Positions 51,395-64,000 of a stretch of 64,000 nucleotides of DNA are shown here, piece by piece. The stretch is taken from assembly GCA_036785375.1 (NCBI GenBank), contig JAWMAR010000136.1, positions 1,922,001 to 1,986,000 on the forward strand, written 5' to 3'. Below the pieces are notes generated by a model. It searched no databases. It was given only the letters and a program-made list of their open reading frames with translations, and was not told the DNA's origin. A program made the position numbers and the translations under genes. How positions within the stretch are numbered: position 1 is the first letter of the stretch; each line of letters begins with the position of its first letter. This DNA is from Leucoraja ocellata. Taxonomy: Eukaryota.

Positions 51395-51956
51395 AGAGGC
51401 GACTTTTTTCATGTCGCCTCCCTCGCGGCCTAACACCAATGATTGGTGCGGCCTTTCCCGGAGTCAGGCCCAGAGTTTCAGAGTGGATGCAGCGTGGACA
51501 TTTCATCGAGGAGCGGGCAAGCTGTTGCCACAGAAGGGAGTGCTCCAATCGCTAACCCGCGGACTGTTACAGCCTGAAGCCGCGGTCTGCGGAGCTTCTA
51601 GCCGCGGGCACGGCGTCGGGGACCCCTCGTTGGAGAAGAGCTCCGACCGCCGGCCGCAGCCTACAACATCCTGAACCCGCGGTCTCCTGTAGGGAAGCGC
51701 CGATTCAGGACTTACCGTCCCGACGAGAGGGCCTCTACATCTGGCCGCCCGCAGCGGCGAATGTGGTGGTTTATGGCCCTGACTACGGGGGAACAATGGA
51801 GGAGGACTGACTGTACCTTGTGCCTTCCACCACAGTGACAAATGCTGCGGTGGATGTTTGTGTTAAATTTTTATTGTGTATTGTGTGTTCTTTTATGATT
51901 GTACTGTTGCTGGCAAAATTCATTTCACTGCACTTTATTGTGTATGTGATGAATAC

Positions 51957-51986
<30 letters not shown>
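51395..51986 (+). mobile_element. GC-rich non-coding retroposon with LINE-like 3' tail, 5' truncated
   Basis: Shares ccctcgcggccta...gattgg.gcggcctttcc, ggagcttctagccgcgggc and gccttcc..cacagtga with 61843-62670. Ends catttcactgcac...(ATTG)n. Confidence 0.75.
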
Positions 51987-51987
<1 letters not shown>

Positions 51988-53199
51988 TAATGATACATCA
52001 CCACAATACCTACACAGTGTGGTGTGGGCAGCCACAGTTCAGGACAGCAATGCAGTTTGCAGGACTTCCAATGTTTTTTGTGAAGCAGGAAATGTGCTGA
52101 GAAAGAGTTGTTGGTCAGTGAACTGAACTGAACGAATCATCCTTGAAATGACAAGAAGGCTTTAGGCACGCACATGTGATTTCTCACATTTGACTCCCAT
52201 AGTAAATTGAACAAGACGACAAGATGGTTACTTAGTTTCATTGTACTGGAAAACTTGAAAATTTCAAAAATTATTTCATAACTTTTCAATTTGCACATTG
52301 AGCAGATAGAAATGTGTTTGAGGGCCAATTATATCTTAGAATGAGGTATGATACGATATGATAGAACTTTATTTATCCCAGGAGGGAAATTGATCTGCCA
52401 ACAGTCATAAAACACAAAATAGATGAAAGATGAAATTAAAGTGACGAATGGAAGGGATTGGGGATATGCAAATATTGGGGGGGAGGGGGAGGGGGGGGGG
52501 GGGAGTCAGTCTTAGTCTACTCCATGACAGAAAGGGGAGGAGTTGTACAGTTTGATAGCCAAGTTCATCCAGATGCACTGCTCAACAATCTAGAATTAAA
52601 GGGATGAAGAAACCACTCCTCTCCACTGAAATTGGACCATTCTGACTATTTTGCTTGTATCTCAAAAATCAATGTCCCCCTCCAATATCATATCAGAACA
52701 GCATATTATAGGAAATCTCCACACTGAAGTATAGCATGTTTATAGCAAGGACAGAGGTCCCTTAACTCATTCAGTCCTTTACAGTTCCATGCAATCCACC
52801 CAGTTAGTTCCAGAGTCCCTCGTGTTCTCTTCCTATCCCTGCAAATTCTTACCTCTCAGATATTTACCCAGTTCCCTTTTGAATACTGCAATTGAATCTA
52901 CTACTACCTAACAGTGGATTCCAAGGAGATAATTCTTCATGTCACTTTTGATTATTTGGATGTTTACTTTCATTTTAACTCCTTCATCTCCTGACACCTC
53001 TGCCAATGAGACTTTTTTCTATCCATTTTGCCTAATTATTTTTTAATTTAAATAGAAGATCCTTTTGCAACCTCCTCTGTCCCAAGAAGAACAATCTCTC
53101 CATTTCTTCCATCTATTCACATAACTTAGGTCCTTCAGTGCCAAAATCATTTCCCTCACCTCCCTATCCAAATTTCCTTGATGTGGCCTTCAAAACTGC

Positions 53200-53545
53200 A
53201 CACAGGACTCTCTTTCCATCTGTGTCCCCCCCCCCCCCCCCCCTTCTCTCCTTATCTGAAACCCTTTTGTCTCCTGGTCTCCTTTTGTCACATTCTGTCT
53301 CCTTTTCACCTCTAGTCTTTGTCCACCCACCTCTTAACCAAAATCCCCTTCACCTGTATCCACCTATCGCTTAACAGGCTATGTCCCGTGCCCACCTCGT
53401 CACCAGTTTTCTCCCCTCTACTGCAGCCAGTCTGAAGAGGGTCCCAACCCAGAATGTCATCTATCAATATCTTCCAGAGATGCAGTCTGACCCATTGAGT
53501 CACTCCAGCACTTTGTACTCCAAGGCATCTGCAGCTCCTTGCGTT
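53200..53545 (+). mobile_element. Penelope-like 3' UTR and terminal repeat inside an old minus-strand CR1
   Basis: cacctgtatccacctatc...cagtctgaagagggtcccaacccagaatgtca...ctccagcactttgt. Confidence 0.72.
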
Positions 53546-54244
53546 GCCGCAGTACTCCACTTATGGCTGATTAAGTATCTCTGTGAAGGTCCAGTATGAT
53601 TTCCTTGCTCTTGCACTTTATGCTTCTCTTCAATAATCACAGCATCCCTTTTCATCAACCTGCCTGCAACCCTTGACAACTGCACATCTACACCCAGTTC
53701 TCTGTTCTTGAAATCCTTTTAGATTTCCGGTTTCTAGTTCATATTACTTCTTCCCATTCCTCCTCCCAAAATGCAACACTTCATGTTGCTCAGCCTGTCC
53801 ATTTGTCCCACCAGCCTGCCGATATCACCTTGAAGTCTATTATTATCCTTCTCACAAATCGCTATGCCTTCAGGAAACTGTGGTTCCATCAAAACTCCCT
53901 TCCAGGTATGCTTTGATTGCATTTTTTTACAAAGTATATTTTTCAGACCACCCTCAGCCATCATAATAACATTGGCAGCAGTTGGTACATTCTATGTTAT
54001 TGTTGCTCTCGGTTAAGTGATCCCAATCACAACATTTTATGTGTTGAATGGTCTTGTGGACTTTGGAATGGAAAATCTGCTATGCCAGATTGTTTACCAC
54101 CAGCCCAGCAGGTTAGAGCAAATTTACCTCAACTGTTTTAGCATTTTAGTCTCAGGTGAACAGCAGCCGATTCACAGGACTGCACTCCAGGTCAACACAA
54201 AAAGCGGAGGAGAATCGAGAACAAAAAATAAAAGAGACAGAGTT

Positions 54245-54460
54245 GAAACAAGAATCTTCAGATGCTGGTTTACCAAGGAAACACACAAAATACTAGAGTA
54301 ACTCATCGGGTCAGGCAGAACCACTGGAAAATATGCATAGGTGATGTTTCAGGTCGTGGGGACCCTTCTTCAGACTGAAGGAGACTTCTTCAGACTTTAG
54401 TCACATGTCCATTTTCACCAAGGATGCTACCTGAGCTGCTGAGTTACTTCAGCAATTTCT
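54245..54460. mobile_element. Inverted pair of Penelope-derived repeats
   Basis: cagatgctggttt...cccttcttcagactgaagg...gctgagttacttcagca. Confidence 0.7.
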
Positions 54461-54716
54461 CTCTGTCCAAAATAGAAAGAGACAGTGGCGGACTGGGTCT
54501 AAAAATATTGGTTGCCAGGAAACAAAGGGGGCCCACTTCATCAGGGGCTCACTTGCCATCGGGCAAGCTGACACCCTGGCCAGTCCGCCACTGGAAAGAG
54601 ATGTGTTGGTTCTTTCTGGCTGGTGGAAAAAATAAGCCCAACAGCTTCACGGACAAACTTCCACGATGATAGCAGGACCGCAATATTTGTCAAAAAACCA
54701 TTGTCCATACATTGTA

Positions 54717-54980
54717 CTTGTGTAGGAAGGAACTGCAGATGCTGGTTTAAACCGAAGATAGACACAAAAAGCTGGAGTAACTCAACAGAACAGGCAGCAT
54801 CTCTGGAGAGAAGGTATGGGTGACGTTTCAGTTCGAGACCCTTCTTCAGACTGGTTAGGGGTAAGGGAAATTAGAGATAAGATTGGGACATCTTTTTTCG
54901 CAAGAGGTGTTACCTGACCCGCCGAGTTATGCCAACACTTTGTGTCTGTTTTTGGTATAAACCAGCATCTGCAGTTCTAA
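54717..54980. mobile_element. Inverted pair of Penelope-derived repeats
   Basis: gaactgcagatgctggtttaaacc is mirrored by ggtataaaccagcatctgcagttc. Minus-strand core ctgaagaagggtctcgaactgaaacgtc. Confidence 0.8.
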
Positions 54981-55887
54981 CAATGACAGTTTTCCATTTT
55001 TTGAATATCTCACAGGTTCTCCACTAGGTGTCAGTCACTGTTGTAGAAAACAAATTATTTATGGCTGGTGTTGAAGGAACTAGGTCTATTGAAGCATTCT
55101 CAGTGGCCCAATGAGGGTGTATGTTAATAAGTGAAAAAGAACTGGTGATGTAGTTCACCATACATGCAGAAGGCAGCAAACTATAAGTCATAATGTTCAA
55201 ACTGCAATGGCAATGAACTTCATGCGGATGTGTGAATCCTGTTAGCGGCATTTCTGTAACCGGACCCATCAAATCTCACTTATTTGCAGTTGGCAGTCTC
55301 AACCTTTCAGGAATAAAAGATTTCTTGGCGTCATCGTTGTCAAAAAAAAGAAACGTAGCTGCATTTATTTATGTCGATGTGCAAGTTGCTTGCTGATGTT
55401 GTCGAAAGTTCACATTGATCTCAATTATCTGACCTTGGCACTGACGCAGTTTGGAAAAATAAATTACATTCACTTCAATCATAGCAGCAGGAGAACGCAT
55501 TAGTAACAGTTGCTGTATAGGTAAATTGATTTTTATTTTCTGAATATTCTCTCCTGTTGCGACTGGAATCTTGTTATTATCATTATATACCACCCTCAGT
55601 TTATGCCTTTGAGATGTTGGACTACTTATGTTTATTGTTCTCACTCACATTTTATTATCAGACCTATGCTGAAGCTCGTTATAACATGCAAATTGCATTG
55701 CTCATTAGGATTGCTCCATAATGGTGGTGGACTTGCTGTTACTTAGCTTGATCAGCATGATGGAATGGGAAAGGAACATGGCAAAAAAGGAAGGCAAGGA
55801 AAAAGAAGGCAATAAAAATAAAAATAATGCTGATATGCAGGAAAACAGCAGAGTCAAAGACTACAAACTTCTGGCTCTGCTTGATTG

Positions 55888-56315
55888 AAAGATACAACAT
55901 GGAAACAGGCCCCTCGGTCCACCAAATTCACACCAAACATCGATCATCCGTTGACACAAGTTCCAGGTTACCTCACTTTTACATCCACTCCTGATTCAGG
56001 AGGAGCAATTTACAATGTACAGAGGACATAGATGAAACAGGAACTGCAGATGCTGGTTTATAAAATAAGAGATAAAGTGCTGGAGTAAATCAGTAGGTCA
56101 GCAGCAACCCTGGAGAACCCTGGTGTGGTTTCAGGTCGGGAATTTGCAGAGGCCAATTAACCTGCTGCCTATACATCTTTGGGATGTGGGAGGCAGCTGG
56201 ATCAGCCGGGGGAAATTCATGTGGCCACATGGTGAGCGTGCAAACTCCACATAGACCACACCCGAGATCAGGCTCAAACCAGGGTCTCTGGCACTATGAA
56301 GCAGCAGTTCTATAC
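55888..56315 (-). mobile_element. HE1-like SINE interrupted by a Penelope-derived fragment (about 56030-56140)
   Basis: gatacaacatggaaacaggccc...gcaatttaca [ggaactgcagatgctggttt...] aatttgcagaggccaattaacc...gcagcagttctatac. Confidence 0.7.
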
Positions 56316-58387
56316 CATACTGATGGGAATATATAAGCTTTTAATTATTCAGCATTGTGTATACTCTTTATATAAACAGAATGCAGAGTTTAGTCATGTT
56401 TTATTTCTCTAGAGTACTACTTAAAGATTTATACCAGGACTGCCTCAATGCAGAAACAGATGCCATTGTGGATGCGTTCATAATGATAAAACAAGTACTT
56501 CCCAAATTTCCATCACTATTATTATAAATGAAACGTCACTTATCCATGTCCTCCGGAGATGGTGCCTGATCTGCTGAGTTACTCCAGCACGGTTTTTGTT
56601 TTGTAAACCTGCATTTTCAATTCCTTGTTTCTAGTTATTATTTTAATGATGGACATTTAATATTAATATAAATTCTGCAAACACTGAGCTCCAGAGTGTT
56701 GCTAGGATTCTTGGTGCATATGTAATGTGGCTCCAGACACTGAAATGGTGAAATGCAGTCAGTACATAGGGAAATGGAAATGTTTTACACTTGGAAGGTT
56801 TTGTTTCCCCCCCCCTTTTGCAGGTGAAGAAATACATGGAACAATTAGGGTGTGCATAGAGTAAACTAAAGGGATGGATCATGCCTGATCCAGCATGTGC
56901 CTCACACTCAACTCTGGTGGGCTGTCTGTGGTCAGGTTTGTCTTTTGCAGCCATGATGCTTTGGTGGTATCACTGCTGTGGCTGCTCCCCGAGTCATGGG
57001 CAGGTGGTGGAAACGTGGGGCACATCCCCGATAACCTACAGATGGCTCATTCTGTCAACTGGCCTCCTTCACTAGTTGCAAAAGTTTCTCGGGTAGCAGG
57101 GACATTCAGAAACAGTTCAATGGCTTGTAAACTCGACTAGTTTAGTTCATTATTCATTTATTTCATTCGAAATTAGTGTAAAATTACCATACCGATGCGA
57201 GATTTAAAAATCACGATTTAAAAATATATTTAACATACAAAGTGCTCATTTTCAATTATTTGCAATGTGAGGATCGGTGACCCCCAATCCCTGTGCAAGA
57301 TGCTCCAGCAATGGTGACACAAAGCCAATGGCCCCAGAGGTGAAGTGTCCCCGGTCCTCCAGCTTATTACTGTGTGGAATTGCTACTAAACGTGATGCAA
57401 AGTCTAGTGACAAGAAATTAACTCAGCGACATTACCATTTGACATCCATCGTGATCCATATTTCATTGCTGCAGGGCAAAATTGGTGGATGTCTGAAAAG
57501 CCACAGTTCCTGCAGATTACCAGTAAGCCATCAGCGTGATCTGGTGGCATATTTTGTTCTCATCACTATGATTATTCTAGAGCAGTGGCTGCAAAATTAA
57601 ATTCCCGCTTAATGCTTGCAGTGGAATCTAACAAGCTCACATTAATGAAATATTTGGAGCAGAAATGCCTTTTCCTAAGTTATTTCTGCTCACCAATCTT
57701 TAAGGATCGAACCTTGCAAAAAAATAAAAAAATTCAGTGAATGCATAATAGTGCACAAATTATGCAAAAATTGTATACATTAGAAATACATCGTGAAAAT
57801 TCAAGATGCCAATGGAGAAGTTTTCATTGGAGATGGACCGATTAGCATCAAAAGTATCAACCTGACTTTTCTTCTTACAGATGTTGACCTTTGCTTGAGG
57901 CATTTTCTCAATTTATATTTTTAGACTTCAAGCATTCATTGTGTTTGTTTTCATCTTTACAGTGCAAAGTGTTACCTGAAAGCTAATTTACTGTCTGGTA
58001 ATGGCCTGATTTCACAAAACACATCCTTGTTTTCAAATTCCTCTGAGATTTTCTCCTCCCATTATCTGTTACCTGACCCTTCCCTAAAATTCTTGAACTC
58101 AGAGCATCTCCAATATTTGCCACTTTTGTATCATTTTGTGCTCTCGGCTAATTTTTAAAGTGAGGAATTCCCTCCTATTCTAAAGCCTTAAAGCCTGTTA
58201 TCTGACAGGTTGAGCATTTCAAAGATTTTCTGCTTCATTTCAGGTTTTTTTTTAGAACTCGTTGTTTAAAAAAAAAAAAAAATCTTCTTGGTTTGTACTG
58301 TGGTCAGCAAAGTTTACTGGAATAACCTCATAAGTGGTACTCTGAATCTTCATTTCTGACTAGGGCTTCGGGGCGCAATGCTGATAA

Positions 58388-58690
58388 GGGAGGCACAGTG
58401 GCAGACCTGCTGCCTTACAGTGCTAGGGACCCGGGTTCGATCCTGAGTATGGGTGCTGTCTGCAAAGAGTTTGTAGGTTCTCCCTGTGACCGTGTGGGTT
58501 TTCTCCGCGTGCTCCGATTTCATTCCACATTCCAAAGATGTGCAGGTTTGCACGTTAATTGGCTTTGGTAAATTACAAATTGTTCCCAATGTGTAGGATA
58601 GTGCTAGTGTACAGGGTGATCCCTGGTCGACGTGGACCTGTTAGGCCGAAGGGCCTGTTTCCGCGTTGTATCTCTAGAGTCTAAAGTATA
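58388..58690 (+). mobile_element. HE1/V-SINE-like SINE
   Basis: gggacccgggttcgatcctg (B box), V-domain-like core, ggccgaagggcctgtttccgcgttgtatctcta. Confidence 0.88.
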
Positions 58691-59819
58691 AAGACTGTAC
58701 AATAGATGCATCTTGCCTGTGAACAAACACTGAGCTGACCTAATTGGCTAACTGACAGCCTTCTTTGCAGTAAGCAACTGTGATTCTTTAATTCCTTTTC
58801 TTCCTAGCGAACAGTGCGTGTTTATTTCGATATCTTAGACAGCGAGTAGGATTAACAACAAGCCAAAGCTGATTAAATGATTTTAGTGTTTTAAGTGATC
58901 GATGAGATTTCACTTCCATTGGTCACTTTCCTACATTTTAGCAACAAAAAGGGATTAGTGATATTATCTGCCAATCAGAACTTCTAAGTCTCCTGAGCAA
59001 AGATCACAGCTATTATCATTAGGTGGGAAGTATTCATTCAGAATATTATTTTTACCTTCAACAAACTCCCTATCTGTCATGTCTGCTTCAGCCAGAGCTG
59101 CTTTACTGTAGTGAAGCATGATAACACCCCAGATCCCCTGCTACCCTTAATATCTGAGAATCTAGTGACCTTTCCCCTCAAATGCACTCGGGGGTTGAAC
59201 CTCCGAGCCCTCTAGGATAGAGAATTCCAATCATTCATCATTTCTGGGTAAAGAAACGTCTTCTCATGTGCGTCCTGAGGCTGCAACCTTGCATTGAAAC
59301 ACCTGGTTCGGAGTCCAATTCCATGGTGTGAATTTTGTCACAAATCATAATCTGATACAGGCTTTTGGTCAAGCCTCGACCTAAAGAATGCTAACAATAA
59401 CAAGGCATGAATTTGTTGATTTTTAAATGTATTAATTCATTCGGTTCTTGGCATTATTGGTAACGCCTACGTTCATGTCTGCTCTCAACTGGAAATCAGT
59501 AAGCTGATTATTGGTGCATTGCTCTGGCCACAACACTTCCCATCATATTTTTTGATATTGAAGGATAGACATAAGTTTGTGATCAACTAGATTGGCTTTA
59601 TCATGCTCTTTTTGAACAGGACATGGTTGCACAATTTCTTAAATGAACAGAGAGGAGCCAATATTGCAAATCTACTGAGTCAGCAAGGCTGGAGGTATGG
59701 TCAGATCTAGAGCACAAATTCTATGAACAGGATATCATCCCCCACCCCCACCACAATTAATGTGAAGAAGCGTCCTGACCTAAAATGTCGCCAATCCATT
59801 TTCTCCAGAGATGCCGCCA

Positions 59820-60424
59820 GACCTCTCTTGGACCCACAATACCTCTACTCTGATCAAGAAGGCTCATCAGCGTCTCTTCTTCCTGAGGAGACTGAAGAAG
59901 GTCCATCTGTCTCCTCAGATCCTGGTGAACGTCTACCGCTGCACCATCGAGAGCATCCTTACCAACTGCATCACAGTATGGTATGGCAACTGCTCTGTAT
60001 CCGACCGGAAGGCATTGCAGAGGGTGGTGAAAATTGCCCAATGCATCACCGGTTCCTCGCTCCCCTCCATTGAGTCTGTCCAAAGCAAGCGCTGTCTGCG
60101 GAGGGCGCTCAGCATCGCCAAGGACTGCACTTACCCAACCATGGACTGTTTACCCTCCTACCATCCGGGAGGCGCTACAGGTCTCTCTGTTGCCAAACCA
60201 GCAGGTCGAGGAACAGCTTCTTCCTGGCGGCTGTCACTCTACTCAACAACGTACCTCAGTGACTACCAATCACCACCCCCCCCCCCCCCCCCCCCGGACA
60301 CTTATTATTATTTATTCAAATCATTTGCTATGTCGCTCTTCCAGGGAGATGCTAAATGCATTTCGTTGTCTCTGTACTGTTCACTGACAATGACAATTAA
60401 AATTGAATCTGAATCTGAATCTGA
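59820..60424 (+). mobile_element. Rex1/Babar-type LINE 3' fragment (RT C-terminus, one frameshift) inserted in a Penelope-derived repeat
   Basis: DLSWTHN...KKAHQRLFFLRRLKK...YRCTIESILT.CITVWYG..., frameshift near 60135, then HGLFTLLPSGRRYRSL..TSRSRNSFF..AVTLLN* (TGA 60260-60262). (TGAATC)n tail. Confidence 0.9.
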
Positions 60425-60977
60425 CTTGCTGAATTACTCTGGCATTTTGTGTTGTTTTTTTGGAAAGCATCATCTCCAGTTCCTTGTTTATCCTATTTAC
60501 CCAACCTCTGGCTGGCAACTATCCCCAAATGTGACAAACAACACCTCTGGAATGTAATCAAGTGGACTTATCTCACAGTTCAGCAGCAAGCTCATGACAT
60601 TTTCCTACTTGCATCTGTTTTGGATTTGACTATGCTTTACATTTTCGGTTTGTTCTTTTTGATGAATGTAGTAATTTCCCAGGCCTTAATGAATAAACTG
60701 TGACCTCAATTTGCACAGACGTACCCGACTTAAAATTTGATTGATCATCTGTTGCACGGAAGATCGTCAGGTCAGGTCAGTCAATCACACAAACCAGCCT
60801 TCCCCCTCCCCTCCCCCCATCGATTATATTCACACTTCATACTGCATCAGGAAAACAGCCAACGTAATCAAGGGCCAATGAAACCCTGGTCATGACCTCT
60901 TCTCCCCTCTCCCATTGGGTAGAAGATGCAATAGCTTGAAAGCATGTAGCAACAGATTCAGGTACAACGTCTTCTCC

Positions 60978-61472
60978 TGTTTAGTTTAGAGATAGAGCGC
61001 GGAAACAGGCCCCTCATCCCCCCGAGTCTGCGTTGACAAGCGATCCCCATACACAAGCACTACCCTACACATTAGGGATAATTTACCATTTTTTCTGAAA
61101 CCAATTCTGAAGCCAATTAACCTACAAACCTGTACGTCTTTGGAGTACGGGAGGATACTGGAGCACCCGGAGAAAACCCATGCGGTCATGGGGAGAACGC
61201 ACATGGGGATAAACTGGCTCTTTGGTCCACTGAGTCCGAACTGACCAGTGATCCACGCACATTAACACTGCCCTACATACACAAGGGACAATTTATACAT
61301 ATACCAAGCCACTCTACCTTCAAACCTATACGTCTTTGGAGGGTGGGAGGAAACCAAAGATCCCCACTTTGACACGGGGAGAACGTACAAACTCCGTACA
61401 AGCAGCACCCATAGTCAGCATCGAACCCGGGTCTCCGGCGCCTCAAGCGCTGTAAGGCGGTAACTCCACCGC
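60978..61472 (-). mobile_element. Two adjacent HE1-like SINE copies
   Basis: First copy 60978-61203 (tail to V-domain), second copy about 61204-61472 ending gcatcgaacccggg...ctccaccgc. Confidence 0.82.
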
Positions 61473-61842
61473 GATATTCTGCACTCTGGTTATTTTTCTC
61501 TTTACACCACAGTTTACAGTTGTACTTACATATGGTTTGATCGTACTCACATACGACTTGTTTTCACTGGATATCAAGCTTTTCATTCTATTTCTGTTTA
61601 CTTGACAATAATAAACTAATCATTCCCACCTTGCCAATCTCACATTAGTAGAACAAACATCACTCAAAATCCAATATACTATCATACAACGAAGTAGGAA
61701 GCTCATTTGCCTGAAAATAGAGGGAATTCTAACTATTGATTTTCATTGCTTCATTAATTCTTTGATTGGATATAATCGTGCTTGCCATACAGTATTTGGT
61801 TAAAACTATTTGATTTCCTGAAACAGATGAAGATTCTTCATT

Positions 61843-62670
61843 GGGTAGCGCATGCACGGCAGCCTCGCTAGCAGTTTGTCTGTCATTTCACCCTTTTTGT
61901 TATTTTTAGTGTGTCAAAAGTATGGTTTTGGAGGGTTCTTAGTCTTTTTTTACATGGCGGGGGGGGGGGGGGGAGAGGGGAAACCGTTTTCACAGTCACT
62001 TCCTGGTCGAGGATGCGACCTTTCTCCGAGTCGCATCTTTGCCCTCCCCCTCGCGGCCTACCATCTGGATTGGCGCGGCCTTTCCTGTCGGAGACCGGCC
62101 AGAGCTTCAGCAGTGGCGCAGCACTGGATTCCATCGCGGAGTGGGCCAATGCCTTGCCGGGGATCACCGTGTTGGGCCTGCTGCTTTAACATCATGGAGC
62201 TGTGGTTTGTGGAGCTTCTAGCCGCGGGCGGCACTGACTTTAACATCGCGGAATTCTGGGATCTTTTGCCGAGGGTTGCCAGTGCTGAATCTCTGTCCAG
62301 CTTGGCCTGTGGACTTTGGGAGCCGTGGTCTCTGGTTGGAAGTGGCTGATTCGGAAACTCCAAGCCGCTGAGAGTGTTCTCCATTCCGATGTCGGAGTTC
62401 CGATCATCCTGGCGAGAGGGCCTGAACATCGGGCCACCGTAGTGGCGACTGCGGAGGGTTCAAAGGTCCCGACCACGGGTGAACAAAGAGGAAGATGACT
62501 GAACTTTATTGCCTTCCCTCACAGTGAGAAATGTTGATTCCGCTGTGTGGGGATGTTCATGTTAAATTCTATTGTGTATTGTGTTCTTTTTATTCGTATA
62601 TGGCTGTATGGTAACTCAAATCACACTGTACCAATTGGTGCACGTGACAATAAATGTTACTTGAACTTGA
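61843..62670 (+). mobile_element. GC-rich non-coding retroposon with LINE-like 3' tail
   Basis: Homologous to 51395-51986. Internal repeat ctttaacatc..gga. Ends cactgtaccaattggtgcacgtgacaataaa...(acttga)2. Confidence 0.75.
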
Positions 62671-63159
62671 AGATGCTGATAGCATATAAAAAAAACGGAA
62701 TAAAATGACATTACACTGCCGAGACTAAAATTGCTAGAATACGTGCATAGAAATCAACGCGTTTAATTTCTGTATGATAGTAACATGGTGTTTTTCTGAT
62801 TCATTGTTAGTTAGAATCCAAGAATCACAGCCCAGAAAAAGGCCATTTTGCCCATTTGTCCATGCTGTAGAGCTATCGAATCAAGTTTCCCTTTTGCTTG
62901 TGCCTGGCCTTCCTATCCATGTACCTGTCCAAGCGTCTTTTAAATGTCATAACTGTGCCAGCCTCTACCTCTTCCTTTGGCAGTCTGTTCCATACACCCA
63001 CCACTCTTTGCCCCTCAGGTCCTATACCAATACTCTTCTACCCTTAAGCCTATGTCGTCTGGTGTTAGATTCACAAATCTGGGGAAAAGAAGGAAGTTAT
63101 TCATCCTATGTGTACCACTCATGATTTAATATACCTCAAGAGAGCACCATTACCTCTAC

Positions 63160-63695
63160 TTCCTTGGAATGCTTTGGAAGTTTGGCATGTCCTCAACAAC
63201 CCTCACCAACCTACAGATGCATCATAGAAAGCAGGATGAATCACAACCTGGTCTGGGAACAGCTCCATTCAAGATGGCAGGAAATTGTAGATTTGTGGAT
63301 GTAGTTCAGACCATTACGCAAACTAACCTCCCTTCCAATGCCTCAGCAAGGCCACCAGCATAATCAAAGACCAGTCTCAACCTGGCTACTCCCTCTTCTC
63401 CCCTCTTCCATTAGATAAGTTTTAGAAAAGTGCGATTCGAACACCTCCAGATTCAGGGACAGTTACTTCCTAGCTATTATCAGGCAACTGAACCATCCTC
63501 TTACCAGCGAGTGTGTGGTCCTGACCTTCTATCTACCGCATTGGACTATCTTTAATCGGTCTTTATCTTGCACTAAATGTTGTACTCTTCACCCTTCAAA
63601 TGTACACTGTGGATGGCTTGATTGTAATCTGTAGTCTTTTCATTGACTTGATAGCAAACAACAAAAGTTTTTCACTGCACTTCTGTAGAGTGATT
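63160..63695 (+). mobile_element. Degraded Rex1/Babar-like LINE 3' fragment
   Basis: KFGMSSTTLTN, ctcttctcccctcttcca, ccagattcagggacagttacttcc, tail tttcactgcact. Confidence 0.72.
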
Positions 63696-64000
63696 CAATG
63701 ATACTTTATTGTCAAATGTACCTAGGTACAGTGACACATGAACATTTTCAAGATTGTTTCTAAATGAACAACAAACCACTTCACCGTCTCAGGGTACTGG
63801 CTGTACATGTCATTGGACATCACTGACAATGACCACGCTTCTGAGAACACCACTGCTTGGGAGGTGACTACACAAATTGTCAACATTTCTGTTTTGTTCT
63901 GTGAAGGATGAGTGGTTTCAACCCAATAACTTGACAGCCGGGATAATCACCACAAACACTGGCGCTAATGGAGAAGTCTGGGCAGGAAGTTGATTTTCAC

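Noticed and set aside
59811-60557. 248-aa ORF as a host gene
   Set aside because: It is a frameshifted Rex1-type RT fragment reading into its UTR and flanking repeat.

Overview
Vertebrate nuclear DNA, most likely from a cartilaginous fish (skate/ray-like), judged from abundant HE1/V-SINE-type SINEs and CR1 (HER1-like) LINE fragments. The window is almost entirely intronic. I found one convincing coding exon: 135 bp, minus strand, 19516-19650, phase 1-1. It encodes the second half of an Ig domain of an IgLON neural adhesion gene (neurotrimin/OPCML-like). I could not find the neighbouring exons. The rest is dense, nested mobile DNA: CR1, L2 and Rex1/Babar LINE fragments, tRNA-derived SINEs, PIF/Harbinger-type MITEs, a Helitron-like element, a candidate solo LTR, and many short Penelope-derived repeats. 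The Penelope-derived repeats carry a minimal hammerhead-ribozyme core and often form long inverted hairpins. Nearly all ORFs in the supplied track are spurious or repeat-derived. Repeat boundaries were read by eye and are approximate unless a TSD is quoted. Family names rest on motif recognition, not database searches.
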